From the IMG/VR virus record IMGVR_UViG_3300037540_000099, positions 1 to 52,606 of that record: a stretch of DNA of 52,606 bases; one strand, 5' to 3'. The stretch is from a virus (taxonomy: Duplodnaviria > Caudoviricetes). Shown here piece by piece: positions 35,813 through 44,809 of the stretch; the stretch's first letter is position 1; each line of letters begins with the position of its first letter. A program made the translations under genes and the position numbers. The notes under the pieces are model-generated. The model searched no databases. It was not told the DNA's origin and was given only the letters and a program-made list of their open reading frames with translations.

Positions 35813-35927
35813 GACAGGCCTTCCTGTGACGAGGCCACTCATGGGCCCGGATGTCTTGGTCGCAGTGAGGGCAGTGCTTCGGTCGATCTCTGCCCGGTGG
35901 TCTTGGTCTGTGCGGCTTGTCTCGCAT
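35742..35927 (-). CDS. Possible small basic C2HC zinc-finger protein
   Basis: MRDKPH...CPHC-x11-HRKAC; AAGGTG RBS; overlaps the next gene by ~70 nt. Confidence 0.4.
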   Translation of the reverse strand: MRDKPHRPRPPGRDRPKHCPHCDQDIRAHEWPRHRKACHAKRGTHRHAAKRRRPAHSEAQR

Positions 35928-35944
35928 GATGCTCACCTTCGGGC

Positions 35945-35982
35945 GGGGCGCCGGAGCCGGAGGTCGCCAACCCCGGCGCCCC
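35945..35982 (-). terminator. GC hairpin downstream of the capsid gene
   Basis: GGGGCGCCGG...CCGGCGCCCC inverted repeat; no U-tract. Confidence 0.4.
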
Positions 35983-36004
35983 TGTGGGCGACCGGGCGCG
36001 GTTT

Positions 36005-37651
36005 CTAGGTATCCATGTTGATGCCACGCCACGCGCACTTGTAACTGGTGTTGCAGGCGATGGCCGGGGCAAAGCCCCAACGGCTCTTCGCTACCACGAG
36101 GATGTAGTCACCCAAGATAAATCGGTCCTGGTCAATCCTCAGCGGGCGACGGTTCCCCAACCAGAACATCCCCTTGTTGATGAGGATGATGGAGCTCTGG
36201 GTGTACGCGGAGGGCGTACCACCGGAGTCTCCGTAGGCTCCAGAGCTGTCCTCCCACTCCGGGTACTGACCGGAGATCAGGACAGGCATACCGTCGATGG
36301 AGGCGACCATGCCGGTGACGATAGTAGCGTTCGGGCCGAGCTTATCCATCGTCAGGACAGCCGGGTTGTTCTGGTCGTCCTTCAGGCCCAGGAGCTTGAC
36401 CCGGATCTTCGGGCCGGTGAGCCAGAAGCACTGCTTCGGGTTGGCCGCGTACTTCCCCATCTCGCTCGTGAGTCCCCGCAGGGTATCTACATTGAGCGTG
36501 TTGAGGTCGGTGGTCAGCGACGAGGTATAGGTCAAAAACCGGAAGCCATCCCAAGCGTTTCTTACGTCACCCGAACCGCCGTCTACTGCGGCCCCATCGA
36601 AGTGCGTCCCGTCATCACCGTTGATCAGCGCCGACTCCAGGCTCTCGGCCTGGTCTTCGATCAGCGACTGCCGAACGACGGGCATCACGGCCGCGAGGGA
36701 GTCCTCTTCCATCTCCGTAGAGAACTCCATTGCCGTCCCGAAGCCGAGGGCCGTCAACGTGGGCGTACCCGTATCGAAGGCCTTGGGCGTCTGGTCGGTC
36801 GCCTGGCTGGTGAGGTAGGTGGTCGGCTCGCCCGACCTGTAGGGCGGCTGGAACGTCCGCGTCGGCATGTTGATCTGCATGAGCTGCTGCGCCACGACGG
36901 TCGCGAGGCGAATGTCGGAGAAGATCGACTGCGACATGCCGACCGGAGCCCAATCGCCACCAGCCGAAGCGGAGTCAGAGACCAACGCATCGGTCGCCGT
37001 CCTCTCGTGCTCGGGCACGCCCTGCGCGAGCTTCTCGTTGCCGGCGCTCTTCCAGTATGCGCGAGGGGTCTCGTTGACCATCTTGCGGACGGCAGGCGAG
37101 GTCTCCAGGACGTCTGTCCACAGGCGCAGGTGCGTCGGCGGGACCTCGAAGGCGCGGCTCATGATGTAGAGGTCATCGTTCCAGTGCTGCATCGCGAGCT
37201 GAACCTCGTCCTGCGCGTCCTGCTCGTGGATCGGATGCTCCCGCCGGAAGTTCGTGCTGAACATCTGAGCGCCAACCTTAGGCACGGATCGAGCGCCGGT
37301 CAGCACGTCCTTGATCTGATCCACCCGCTCGGGATCGAGGCCGCGCTTCTCCTGCTCGGCTGCGAGGGCGCCAGGGTCAACCTCGATCTCGGCCTTGCCC
37401 TCGATGCCAGCGCCAGCGGCAAGCGCCTCGCGGGAGCCCTGGGCTTGGATCTGTGTCACGGCATCGCCCAGTGACGCCTGCAGGGCAAGGGTCTCCTGGC
37501 TCAGACCGTCGACCTGACCGCCCTTCTCTTGGTTATCCTTATCCATCGCCGTGAGGACTGCCGCCATAGTGCCGCGCGGGTCCTCAGCGTTGATAGGCAC
37601 ACCGTACTTCTCCGCCAATACAGCAATGTCGATGTCAGCCAATTGGCTCAC
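36005..37651 (-). CDS. Major capsid protein (HK97 fold, with N-terminal scaffold domain)
   Basis: Follows the protease; GG...P, FSTEMEEDS, ESALINGD and IDGMPV motifs. Confidence 0.88.
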   Translation of the reverse strand: MSQLADIDIAVLAEKYGVPINAEDPRGTMAAVLTAMDKDNQEKGGQVDGLSQETLALQASLGDAVTQIQAQGSREALAAGAGIEGKAEIEVDPGALAAEQEKRGLDPERVDQIKDVLTGARSVPKVGAQMFSTNFRREHPIHEQDAQDEVQLAMQHWNDDLYIMSRAFEVPPTHLRLWTDVLETSPAVRKMVNETPRAYWKSAGNEKLAQGVPEHERTATDALVSDSASAGGDWAPVGMSQSIFSDIRLATVVAQQLMQINMPTRTFQPPYRSGEPTTYLTSQATDQTPKAFDTGTPTLTALGFGTAMEFSTEMEEDSLAAVMPVVRQSLIEDQAESLESALINGDDGTHFDGAAVDGGSGDVRNAWDGFRFLTYTSSLTTDLNTLNVDTLRGLTSEMGKYAANPKQCFWLTGPKIRVKLLGLKDDQNNPAVLTMDKLGPNATIVTGMVASIDGMPVLISGQYPEWEDSSGAYGDSGGTPSAYTQSSIILINKGMFWLGNRRPLRIDQDRFILGDYILVVAKSRWGFAPAIACNTSYKCAWRGINMDT

Positions 37652-38654
37652 CTCTCAGTATGGCCTCCGCTCCTGCCGTGAAGAAATCAACAGGCTTAGA
37701 AAGCTCCTGCCACATCTCGCTGATTAGCTCTTCGGAAGAGAGCAGGTCGAAGGCCTTGGTGTCGTCTTCACCGTCTACGGCTTCGGCTTCTGCCTGAGGA
37801 TCACGGCGGGCCCGGGCTGCCTCGTGCCGTCCGGTTACGGACTCAAGCGCCCGTTGGGCCTCCATGATGTCAGACAGGTTCGCGGCAGATAGGACCTCAC
37901 CCGCTTTCACCACTTCGCACAGTGTCAGGATGGGGCTCCCGATGGCGTCCAGAACGCGGGGGGATGGGGCTCCCTCCTCTGTCGCCCAGTGCTTCACGAT
38001 GTTGCGGATGGACTCAGCGGCGCCGCGTAGCCGCTCGATGTCATTCAGACAGCGTTCGTCTTCGGTGGGTTTGACGGCCGGCCACTCCGGCGGGGGCTCG
38101 ATCAAAAGACCCATCGCCTTCGCGACCTCGAAGCCAGCGCCCGGGTTGCTGGGGATAGTGCAGATGGAGCACTCGATCAGCTCCCCGTTCTCGCGCCAAT
38201 GCCACTTGTCGGCCTTGTCGCGGTCCCCCCAGCGTTCGGTATAGTCGCCGTCGAAGCCGACCGAAAGCATGCTCACATCCCCTTCTTCGACCTGCGCAAG
38301 GCGCCGCTCGTCGAAGTCAGTCCCGTAGTGATGTAGCTCACCCTTGAAAGCGTAGCCCTTCCCCTCGACAGGTTCTACCGAGAGCCAGCGGCCCTGCACA
38401 TCACCGTACTGGTGGTTCCAGGGCATCACCGGGTTCTGCATGAATGCCTTCAGTGACCCATCGAAGAAGCCAACGTGGATGAATTCCTTGTCGCGGTCCT
38501 CTTCCTCGGTCGACCCCCAGCCCTCAATCGTGAGTTTCTTCCGGCCGCTCGCAGTCGTGTCCGCCTCAGCCTTCTCCATCTGGAAAGGGAGCGGCTTTAT
38601 GCGCTGGAACGCGGGCTTCCGCAGGGCGGTCTCGGTGGGTGTTGGCATCGTCAC
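37635..38654 (-). CDS. HK97-family prohead protease
   Basis: IEGWGST...DRDKE, WNHQ, LSVGF, LIECSICTIPSNPGA. Confidence 0.9.
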   Translation of the reverse strand: MTMPTPTETALRKPAFQRIKPLPFQMEKAEADTTASGRKKLTIEGWGSTEEEDRDKEFIHVGFFDGSLKAFMQNPVMPWNHQYGDVQGRWLSVEPVEGKGYAFKGELHHYGTDFDERRLAQVEEGDVSMLSVGFDGDYTERWGDRDKADKWHWRENGELIECSICTIPSNPGAGFEVAKAMGLLIEPPPEWPAVKPTEDERCLNDIERLRGAAESIRNIVKHWATEEGAPSPRVLDAIGSPILTLCEVVKAGEVLSAANLSDIMEAQRALESVTGRHEAARARRDPQAEAEAVDGEDDTKAFDLLSSEELISEMWQELSKPVDFFTAGAEAILRGEPIG

Positions 38655-38660
38655 GCCTCC

Positions 38661-38837
38661 TCAACGACAGATAGCCCAAACGATCAGGACTCCGTAGTAA
38701 ATCAGCATTCCCAGGCCTGCTAATCCATGCACCCATCGCTCTCGAAGGCGCTTCTGCTGCGCCTCATATTCCGAGTAGAACTCGGCCGGCAGGCCTCCGA
38801 TAGTTACTTCCGTGCGCGGCGGCTCGCGATCTTTCAC
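38661..38837 (-). CDS. 58-aa membrane protein between portal and protease
   Basis: Translated by hand: MKDREPP...GLAGLGMLIYYGVLIVWAICR. Fills the gap; absent from the ORF track. Confidence 0.6.
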   Translation of the reverse strand: MKDREPPRTEVTIGGLPAEFYSEYEAQQKRLRERWVHGLAGLGMLIYYGVLIVWAICR

Positions 38838-38838
38838 C

Positions 38839-41130
38839 TCACGCCTCCTCGCTGAATACAGCCGCCGAGGTACAGCGGCAGTTCACCACGTTCGCGGCCG
38901 AGAGGTCCGGATCCATCGGGCGGTCAGCGTACTCAAGACCGATGGGTCCTTCGAGCTCGAACTTCCCCTCAAGCGGGACGATCTCACCGTCAAGCTCGAT
39001 GTGGTTCGTCAAGTCCTCCGCATCGCCGCCCCGCGTCCGGTCGTCTACGATGGAGAGCCATTCCTTGTGTGTCGCGCCGGACTGACGGTAGCCCTCCATC
39101 GAGGCCGCATTCATCGCCGAGCCGACCTCGGTTCGGGCGACAGCCTGCGCGTAACGCTCCTTGCCATTGGCCGCCCAAGCCTCCACGCGCTTCGTGAGGT
39201 CCTTGACCGTCTCGCCTTTCGCGAGGCCTTCGGCAAGGGCTGTCCGCGCGGTCGACTGCACCTTCTCACCCACGCTCTGCATGTAGCGCCGGCGCCCCTT
39301 GAGCAACTCCTGCATCCGCGTTGTGTCCGGGTTGAATGTGATGCCAAGTCCGGTTGACGCGATGGCCTCCTGGCCAGTGCGAGCGGCGAGATCATTCAGG
39401 AACGGTAGCACTACATCCTCGAAGGCCGCCCCTGCATCCGCTGCCTCGAAGAGCAGGGCGTCAACCCTCGGGTCCTTCACGCGGCCCGGCTGAAGACCGC
39501 TCTTCAGTTCTTGCAGCTTGGCGATGATCAGATCCGCCAAGTCATCGAAGATCGGGGCGAGCTGCGAGCGAAGCTGTTTCTCTTGCCGCAGGCGTTCGGT
39601 GTTGAAAGCCTTGTATCGGTTGGCTCGCAGCTCAGGCCCCATGCGGCGGAGGCCCTTCATCACCAGCCAGCCCCCGCGTTTCTCAGGCTCTTCCTCGGGC
39701 TCGATCTCTTCCTCTTCCTCCGCTTCCGGCTCCGTCTCAATCTCCTGCTCTTCGGGTTCGGCAGGCTCGGAACTCGTGGCGCCCGGTCCCTCGGGAATCT
39801 GATTCATGCTCAGATACCAGACCTGCCCCATGTCATCGGGGAGGGGTTCCTTGCCCAGAAACTCACGGGCCTCGTCGACCATGAGGACCGGGCCGCCGGT
39901 AGCCGTATTCAGCGCCGGCAGGATCGCAGAAATGTCGGGCCGCAACGCGGGCACCAGATCCCACTGCCAGAAGAACTCCGCGGCATCGTCGATGCGCAGA
40001 ACGAGCTGATCGGTGACGTCGGCGGCGATGCTTTCCAGGCGAGGCATCAGTGCCTCTTCCCAGAAGAGCTTCTTCTGCTCACGGATCGTCACGCCGAACT
40101 TCTCGTCGAAGGCGCCGACGATGGCCGGGGGGACCCCGAAGACTGCGAGGATGTCCTCTCTGAGCTGACCGCGCAGATCCATCACTTCGCTGCCAGGACC
40201 CCTGCCGATGTCGGTGGTCTTGAGTCCGCTGTGAAGGATCGCTGGCTTGAAGAAATGGCCGAGTCCCTTATAGCCCTCGGTCCACTGTGCCCTGAGTTGG
40301 TCGACCGTTGAGGGCTGCAGTACCTGGTCCGTGGTCAGCGCGAACGCATGATGCCCTCGCTCGAAGAAGGTCTCCTGTTGCCGGATGCTGGAGAGGTCGG
40401 TCTGGATCACCTGCCGCGCCGCGTCCATCGGGGCCGAGGTCGACAGCCAGTTGCCCGGTCCCGTGTTGGGCATCCAGACAATCTCGTCGGCAGGGAACCG
40501 GATGATCTTCCCGTCCCCCGTGGCGTACCCGTACTCCGTGGGGACTCCCTTGACGACCTTGGTGATCTTCATCGGCAGTGGGGGGATGGGCCAGAGGGCG
40601 GTCAGCTTCCCGTTGACAAACTCCATGTTCCAGAAGGCCTCGGGCCAGAGCTCACGGTTCAGGAGAGTGGTACCGAAGAGGGCCACATCATTCTGCACGG
40701 GGTTGGCGAACTTGATGATCGCCTCGGCTGGGTGACCTTCAAGGATCATCTTGTCGCGCGTGCGCCGGATGCCCCACGGGGCGCGTGATCCGCTGGAGAC
40801 AATGTGACTGATCGCAGCATAGGTCCATGAGTGGGCGCCATAGCCCTGCGATCCGTAGTTGGCTGGCGTCAGCTTGGGAGGACGGGGGAGGTCATCGAGG
40901 CTGTCGTTCGCCCAGGCGAACCGCTCATTCGTCCATCGATCAATGCTGCCAGCCCATTCGCGTTGATGCTCTGCGTTGCCGGCCTGAAGCTGTGTAGGAT
41001 CGATGTGAGCGAGTTCGGATGATGATGCGAGGGCAGAGCCAGGATCGGTGATTGTGCTCTCTGTGAGCCACGAGAGGACGCCTAGTGCACGCTCACGGAG
41101 GGATGTGCGAACTGGCGTAGCGTCAGCCAC
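38839..41130 (-). CDS. Portal protein fused to MuF/SPP1 gp7-like head morphogenesis domain
   Basis: Portal motifs (ALWPIP, ILAVFGVPP..VG, DEAREFLG.EPL), an acidic linker, then ARTE, KEWLS..DDRTR, H..LDG and NCRC. Start probably GTG at 41130, because promoter-like motifs lie inside the longer ORF. Confidence 0.9.
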   Translation of the reverse strand: MADATPVRTSLRERALGVLSWLTESTITDPGSALASSSELAHIDPTQLQAGNAEHQREWAGSIDRWTNERFAWANDSLDDLPRPPKLTPANYGSQGYGAHSWTYAAISHIVSSGSRAPWGIRRTRDKMILEGHPAEAIIKFANPVQNDVALFGTTLLNRELWPEAFWNMEFVNGKLTALWPIPPLPMKITKVVKGVPTEYGYATGDGKIIRFPADEIVWMPNTGPGNWLSTSAPMDAARQVIQTDLSSIRQQETFFERGHHAFALTTDQVLQPSTVDQLRAQWTEGYKGLGHFFKPAILHSGLKTTDIGRGPGSEVMDLRGQLREDILAVFGVPPAIVGAFDEKFGVTIREQKKLFWEEALMPRLESIAADVTDQLVLRIDDAAEFFWQWDLVPALRPDISAILPALNTATGGPVLMVDEAREFLGKEPLPDDMGQVWYLSMNQIPEGPGATSSEPAEPEEQEIETEPEAEEEEEIEPEEEPEKRGGWLVMKGLRRMGPELRANRYKAFNTERLRQEKQLRSQLAPIFDDLADLIIAKLQELKSGLQPGRVKDPRVDALLFEAADAGAAFEDVVLPFLNDLAARTGQEAIASTGLGITFNPDTTRMQELLKGRRRYMQSVGEKVQSTARTALAEGLAKGETVKDLTKRVEAWAANGKERYAQAVARTEVGSAMNAASMEGYRQSGATHKEWLSIVDDRTRGGDAEDLTNHIELDGEIVPLEGKFELEGPIGLEYADRPMDPDLSAANVVNCRCTSAAVFSEEA

Positions 41131-41252
41131 GAAGGCCGTCCCATCAGCAGGAGTCGCCAGTTTGCCTGCGGCGGGCCCCCGGGCAGGCCGGCCTGGCGAG
41201 ACCGATGTCCGGGGACCCAGGCACGCCTTTACGACGTACCAGTACCAGCCGT

Positions 41253-41282
41253 AGACTACAACCTTCGGGGGAAGGGGGTCAA
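41253..41282 (-). promoter_or_regulatory. Promoter-like TTGACC-N18-TAGTCT
   Basis: Near-duplicate of 41428-41457, including the spacer (CCCTT..CCCCGA). Confidence 0.6.
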
Positions 41283-41427
41283 GTGCTGAGGGCGTGGTGA
41301 GGTCTTCCAATCCTCCAAACGGGGAGCCTATGCCCTCTGTCCCGGCGTGTTACCAGGAAGCGCTGGGCGTCGCACGAGCTGGATGTCTCGGCTGGCTTTA
41401 CACAACTTGACCCGTTCCCACGGCGTC

Positions 41428-41457
41428 AGACTACACGCTCGGGGGAAAGGGCGTCAA
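41428..41457 (-). promoter_or_regulatory. Promoter-like TTGACG-N18-TAGTCT
   Basis: Overlaps the MTase stop; near-duplicate of 41253-41282. Confidence 0.6.
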
Positions 41458-42872
41458 GGGGCTGCTACGTCAGCGAGACTGAGTTGCGCCTCTTCGCCCG
41501 GCGCTTCTATCGCTTCCACGCGCCGCCTCGCGACCTCGCACCAGGGTTCGTCTTCGGTGTTGTTGAGTTCTATCCCGATGGCCCGCATCCCGAGCGCCTT
41601 CGCCGCGCAGAGCGTCGTGCCCGAACCGAGAAACGGGTCAAGCGCCACGCCTCCCGGCGGCAGCCCTAGCGTCAGCAACCAGCACATGAGGGCGAGCGGC
41701 TTGCAGGTGGGATGACCGTTGCGTGATGGGTTGGTTGTCCCGCGTCTCGTTCGAGGGATGCCGTCTGGCGGAGTGAACTCATAGTCGCCCGCATTGATCG
41801 ACCCATGCTTCTGCCCCTCACCCATCTGCTCGGTTAGCCCCCTCTCCTTCTCCGCCTTCGGGGCCTTCGGGCAGTACACGGCCGCGCTGTCTTCGGTGAA
41901 CGTGACGTGTTCGGCAGCCCAAGCGTCCGCGTCGAAGTACTTCGAGCGAGGCCCGAGGGCGCCGCCTGTCACCACGAGGTTCGCGGGGAAGCGGCCTTCT
42001 ATGCTGCCCGTGACTATAGGCGCATCCGGGGACGTGAATGCGCTGGGCCTTGTGTTGCGGTGAGGGATACACCCCCGCGCATTGCGCACCATCGGGTTGC
42101 TCGCACTATCCCCGTCCGCCTCAAACGGCACCCTCGCCGCGTCCACGTTGAACGCCCCGGTGCCGTGCTTCACCACGTTCGCAGCGTAGGTCTTCTCGCT
42201 GAGAGGCTTCTGCGCTACCACAATCGCCTCCCACGCTGGCTTCAGCGCCTGCCTCCCGGCCTTCCAGCCATCCCACTGCTGCGCGAGGGGAGTGGAGGGG
42301 GCGGTTGTCTCGCGAGGGCCCTCAGCCTCAGTCGTCCATCCGCCCTTGTATTCGGCACCGTGGAATGTGGTCTCGCATCGGTTGGCGGAGTGCTCACTTT
42401 CGCCCACCACTTCCCTCTCCGCCCCGGCCGCGCGGTCGACGGCCTTCCCGATGTCGTGCGCCTTGGGGAAGCCGGAGAGGTAGTACCAGGCCATCGTCGA
42501 GAAGCTAACGTCGAAGCCCGATTCCTCCAGATCGCGGAGGGTCCGCCAGAGGGAGTCGCCGCGCGTGGTCATAAAGACGAAGGCGAAGCCACCTGGCTTG
42601 AGGACGCGCAGGCATTCTTCCCAGACGGCGGGGTCGGCGAGGGAGCCATCCCACTCCTTGCCCATGAAACCCCTCGGCGCGAGGTTGTGTCTGCCCTGCG
42701 GCTTGCTCGGATCGTTCACCCGCCGCGACCCATTCCGAGAGCCGCCGGTGAGCGCATACGGCGGGTCAGTCAGCACGAGGTCAACCGACTCCGCCTCCAT
42801 CTCCCGAAGCACGGGCAGACAGTCGGAGTGGTAGATGGTGCGCTCGCCGTCTGACCAGAAGGGCTTCATCAC
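41454..42872 (-). CDS. DNA methyltransferase (N6-adenine/N4-cytosine, beta class)
   Basis: LTDPPY, HPTCKP, LDPFLGSGTT, GIE motifs. Confidence 0.93.
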   Translation of the reverse strand: MMKPFWSDGERTIYHSDCLPVLREMEAESVDLVLTDPPYALTGGSRNGSRRVNDPSKPQGRHNLAPRGFMGKEWDGSLADPAVWEECLRVLKPGGFAFVFMTTRGDSLWRTLRDLEESGFDVSFSTMAWYYLSGFPKAHDIGKAVDRAAGAEREVVGESEHSANRCETTFHGAEYKGGWTTEAEGPRETTAPSTPLAQQWDGWKAGRQALKPAWEAIVVAQKPLSEKTYAANVVKHGTGAFNVDAARVPFEADGDSASNPMVRNARGCIPHRNTRPSAFTSPDAPIVTGSIEGRFPANLVVTGGALGPRSKYFDADAWAAEHVTFTEDSAAVYCPKAPKAEKERGLTEQMGEGQKHGSINAGDYEFTPPDGIPRTRRGTTNPSRNGHPTCKPLALMCWLLTLGLPPGGVALDPFLGSGTTLCAAKALGMRAIGIELNNTEDEPWCEVARRRVEAIEAPGEEAQLSLADVAAP

Positions 42873-42877
42873 TCACC

Positions 42878-44251
42878 TCACAGGAAGTCCAGCCCAGGCG
42901 ATACCTCGCCTCCCGACAGCTCGATCTGCCCGTATCGCCAGGCGTCCATCGCGTGATCAAACTCCTTGGCTGGGTCAGCGTCTTCCTTCGGATTTCCGTC
43001 GCGGTCCTCCTGCCAGTGATACTGACCGATCTCGGCAAGCCAGTTGGGGGCCGCATCTTCGAGCACTCGAAATGTGTTGCCCGTGATGACCGCCTGGCAG
43101 GCACGGACTCCAGGGATGCGCTTGTTGTTGGCCTTCTCGATGGGCAGTCCCGCACGGCGGAAGGTCTCGATGGCATTGGCATCTTCGGGGTCGGCGTAGA
43201 ACTTGAGCTCGGGGAAACGCGCGTGGATGTCCTTCGCCTCGGAGAGCCAGTCGTTACCTTTGGCGCCCGCGATGATCTTGCCGCGTTCGTAGACCTCCTC
43301 GATCAGGTACGTCACCCCGTCAGCGAGGCCAAGGACCTCGAAGGCGCCCGGCGAGGTGACTCCCCAGTCTACCCCGCAGGCCATCCGGTCGAAGGTCTTG
43401 GGGAGTTGGTCCTTGGTGACGATCATCGTCTCTGCATCCCACGCCCCGTAGACGAGGCCTGCGAAGCTCACGAACTCCGCTTCAACCTCCTGTCGCCAGA
43501 AGTCTGAGCCTTCGCCATAGGCGACCTTGAGGGCATCGATGAAGTCCGGGTCTGTTTCATAGAGCGGGTTGTCCTTCGTCTGCCAGTGGTGCAGGCCATA
43601 CTGCGCTTGCTTCCCCTCAGTCCACTCGTCGCGGCCGGCCACGAATGTCCGGTACAGCCAGTTCTGCCCCTTGGGCGTCGAACACAACCAGCCCCTGTGA
43701 GGATAGCCCGGCTGCCTTGTGCGACCAAGGAGCACCATCCATGTCTCCTCGCGGTAGAGCGCCGCCTCGTCACCGAAGAAGAAGGCGACGTCCGGGCCGC
43801 GGAGTGTGTCGGGGTCTTGGCAGTGGGCGAGGAGAAGCGTGGAGGGCTCACCGTTCGGGCCAACGTGATCGGGGAAGACGATCTTCTGCTCCGACTTCGC
43901 GTGCTCCCAATTCAGTGAGTCGCCCCACCACCGGAGCACCTTGCGCATAGCAAGGAGCGTGGATCGATTGAGCATCCGATGGGAGGGCGCTATGACCATT
44001 CCGAAGATACCCGGATAGCGGAGGCACATGCGGACGGACTCAAAGCAGCCGACCTCTGACTTCCCGCCGCCAACGCCAGAGCAGGCGAAGCGATAGCGGG
44101 CCGGGTCAAGCATGAAGGCGAGCTGGGATGGGTGTGAGCGATAGTGACGCGCGATAAACTCAGCAGGGTCTTCGTCGGGGCCTGGTCGGTCGGGAGGGAG
44201 ATCGGGGTCAGTCGGTCGTGTCATCGTCGGCCACGTCGTCTGTGTCGCCAC
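42878..44251 (-). CDS. terL: Terminase large subunit
   Basis: Walker A GVGGGKS, Walker B FFGDEA, STPKG, nuclease GVDWG and DHAMDAWRY. Confidence 0.95.
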   Translation of the reverse strand: MATQTTWPTMTRPTDPDLPPDRPGPDEDPAEFIARHYRSHPSQLAFMLDPARYRFACSGVGGGKSEVGCFESVRMCLRYPGIFGMVIAPSHRMLNRSTLLAMRKVLRWWGDSLNWEHAKSEQKIVFPDHVGPNGEPSTLLLAHCQDPDTLRGPDVAFFFGDEAALYREETWMVLLGRTRQPGYPHRGWLCSTPKGQNWLYRTFVAGRDEWTEGKQAQYGLHHWQTKDNPLYETDPDFIDALKVAYGEGSDFWRQEVEAEFVSFAGLVYGAWDAETMIVTKDQLPKTFDRMACGVDWGVTSPGAFEVLGLADGVTYLIEEVYERGKIIAGAKGNDWLSEAKDIHARFPELKFYADPEDANAIETFRRAGLPIEKANNKRIPGVRACQAVITGNTFRVLEDAAPNWLAEIGQYHWQEDRDGNPKEDADPAKEFDHAMDAWRYGQIELSGGEVSPGLDFL

Positions 44252-44723
44252 CGTCCTCCTCCTCTACGTGGTTCAGCGGATCGTTCTCAGCGAAAACGGG
44301 AATGAGGGCGACGGGAGGGGCGCCGGGGAGGCCGCCGTGCCGATGATCCTTCTTCTCGGTCGCTATGCCCTTCGCGACAGCCAGCTTCTCACAGGCCTTG
44401 AGGTTCGTGTTGAGGGCAGCCACTTTGTCGGCGTCTCGGCCGCCCCCAGTGACGATCTCCTGGGTCTGCCGCTTGATGCCCTGCATGGATGCGATCAGCT
44501 CTGCCCGGGCGTGGATGGGATCTTCGTCGTCAGCCACTTCGCCGAGGATCTTGGAGTATGCTGTCACCCACTTCTTAGCGGTCTCCCAATGACATCCGAC
44601 CTCCGAGGCGATGTCCTCCCAGGACTTCATCTGCACAACGCGCATTTCCCAAGCCTTCGGGACCCATTCAGGAAGGGCCGGGCTCTCGCGTTTCCTCGCT
44701 TCCTTTCCAGGTTCCGCATCCAT
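44208..44723 (-). CDS. terS: Terminase small subunit (HTH)
   Basis: Directly upstream of terL; N-terminal HTH (SWEDIASEVGCHWETAKKW). Confidence 0.75.
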   Translation of the reverse strand: MDAEPGKEARKRESPALPEWVPKAWEMRVVQMKSWEDIASEVGCHWETAKKWVTAYSKILGEVADDEDPIHARAELIASMQGIKRQTQEIVTGGGRDADKVAALNTNLKACEKLAVAKGIATEKKDHRHGGLPGAPPVALIPVFAENDPLNHVEEEDGGDTDDVADDDTTD

Positions 44724-44729
44724 GCCCTG

Positions 44730-44758
44730 AGTCTACCCATCCGCGAGGGGGAGGTCAA
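44730..44758 (-). promoter_or_regulatory. Promoter TTGACC-N17-TAGACT, leaderless terS transcript
   Basis: 6 nt between the -10 and the ATG, no RBS; same hexamers as 50936-50964. Confidence 0.7.
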
Positions 44759-44764
44759 GTGGAA

Positions 44765-44792
44765 GGGCCGCCCCGTTGCGTTGAGGCGGCCC
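44765..44792 (-). terminator. Hairpin ending the early/middle operon
   Basis: GGGCCGCC...GGCGGCCC stem; weak U-tract. Confidence 0.45.
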
Positions 44793-44809
44793 GGTTGCTC
44801 GTCCGTCGG

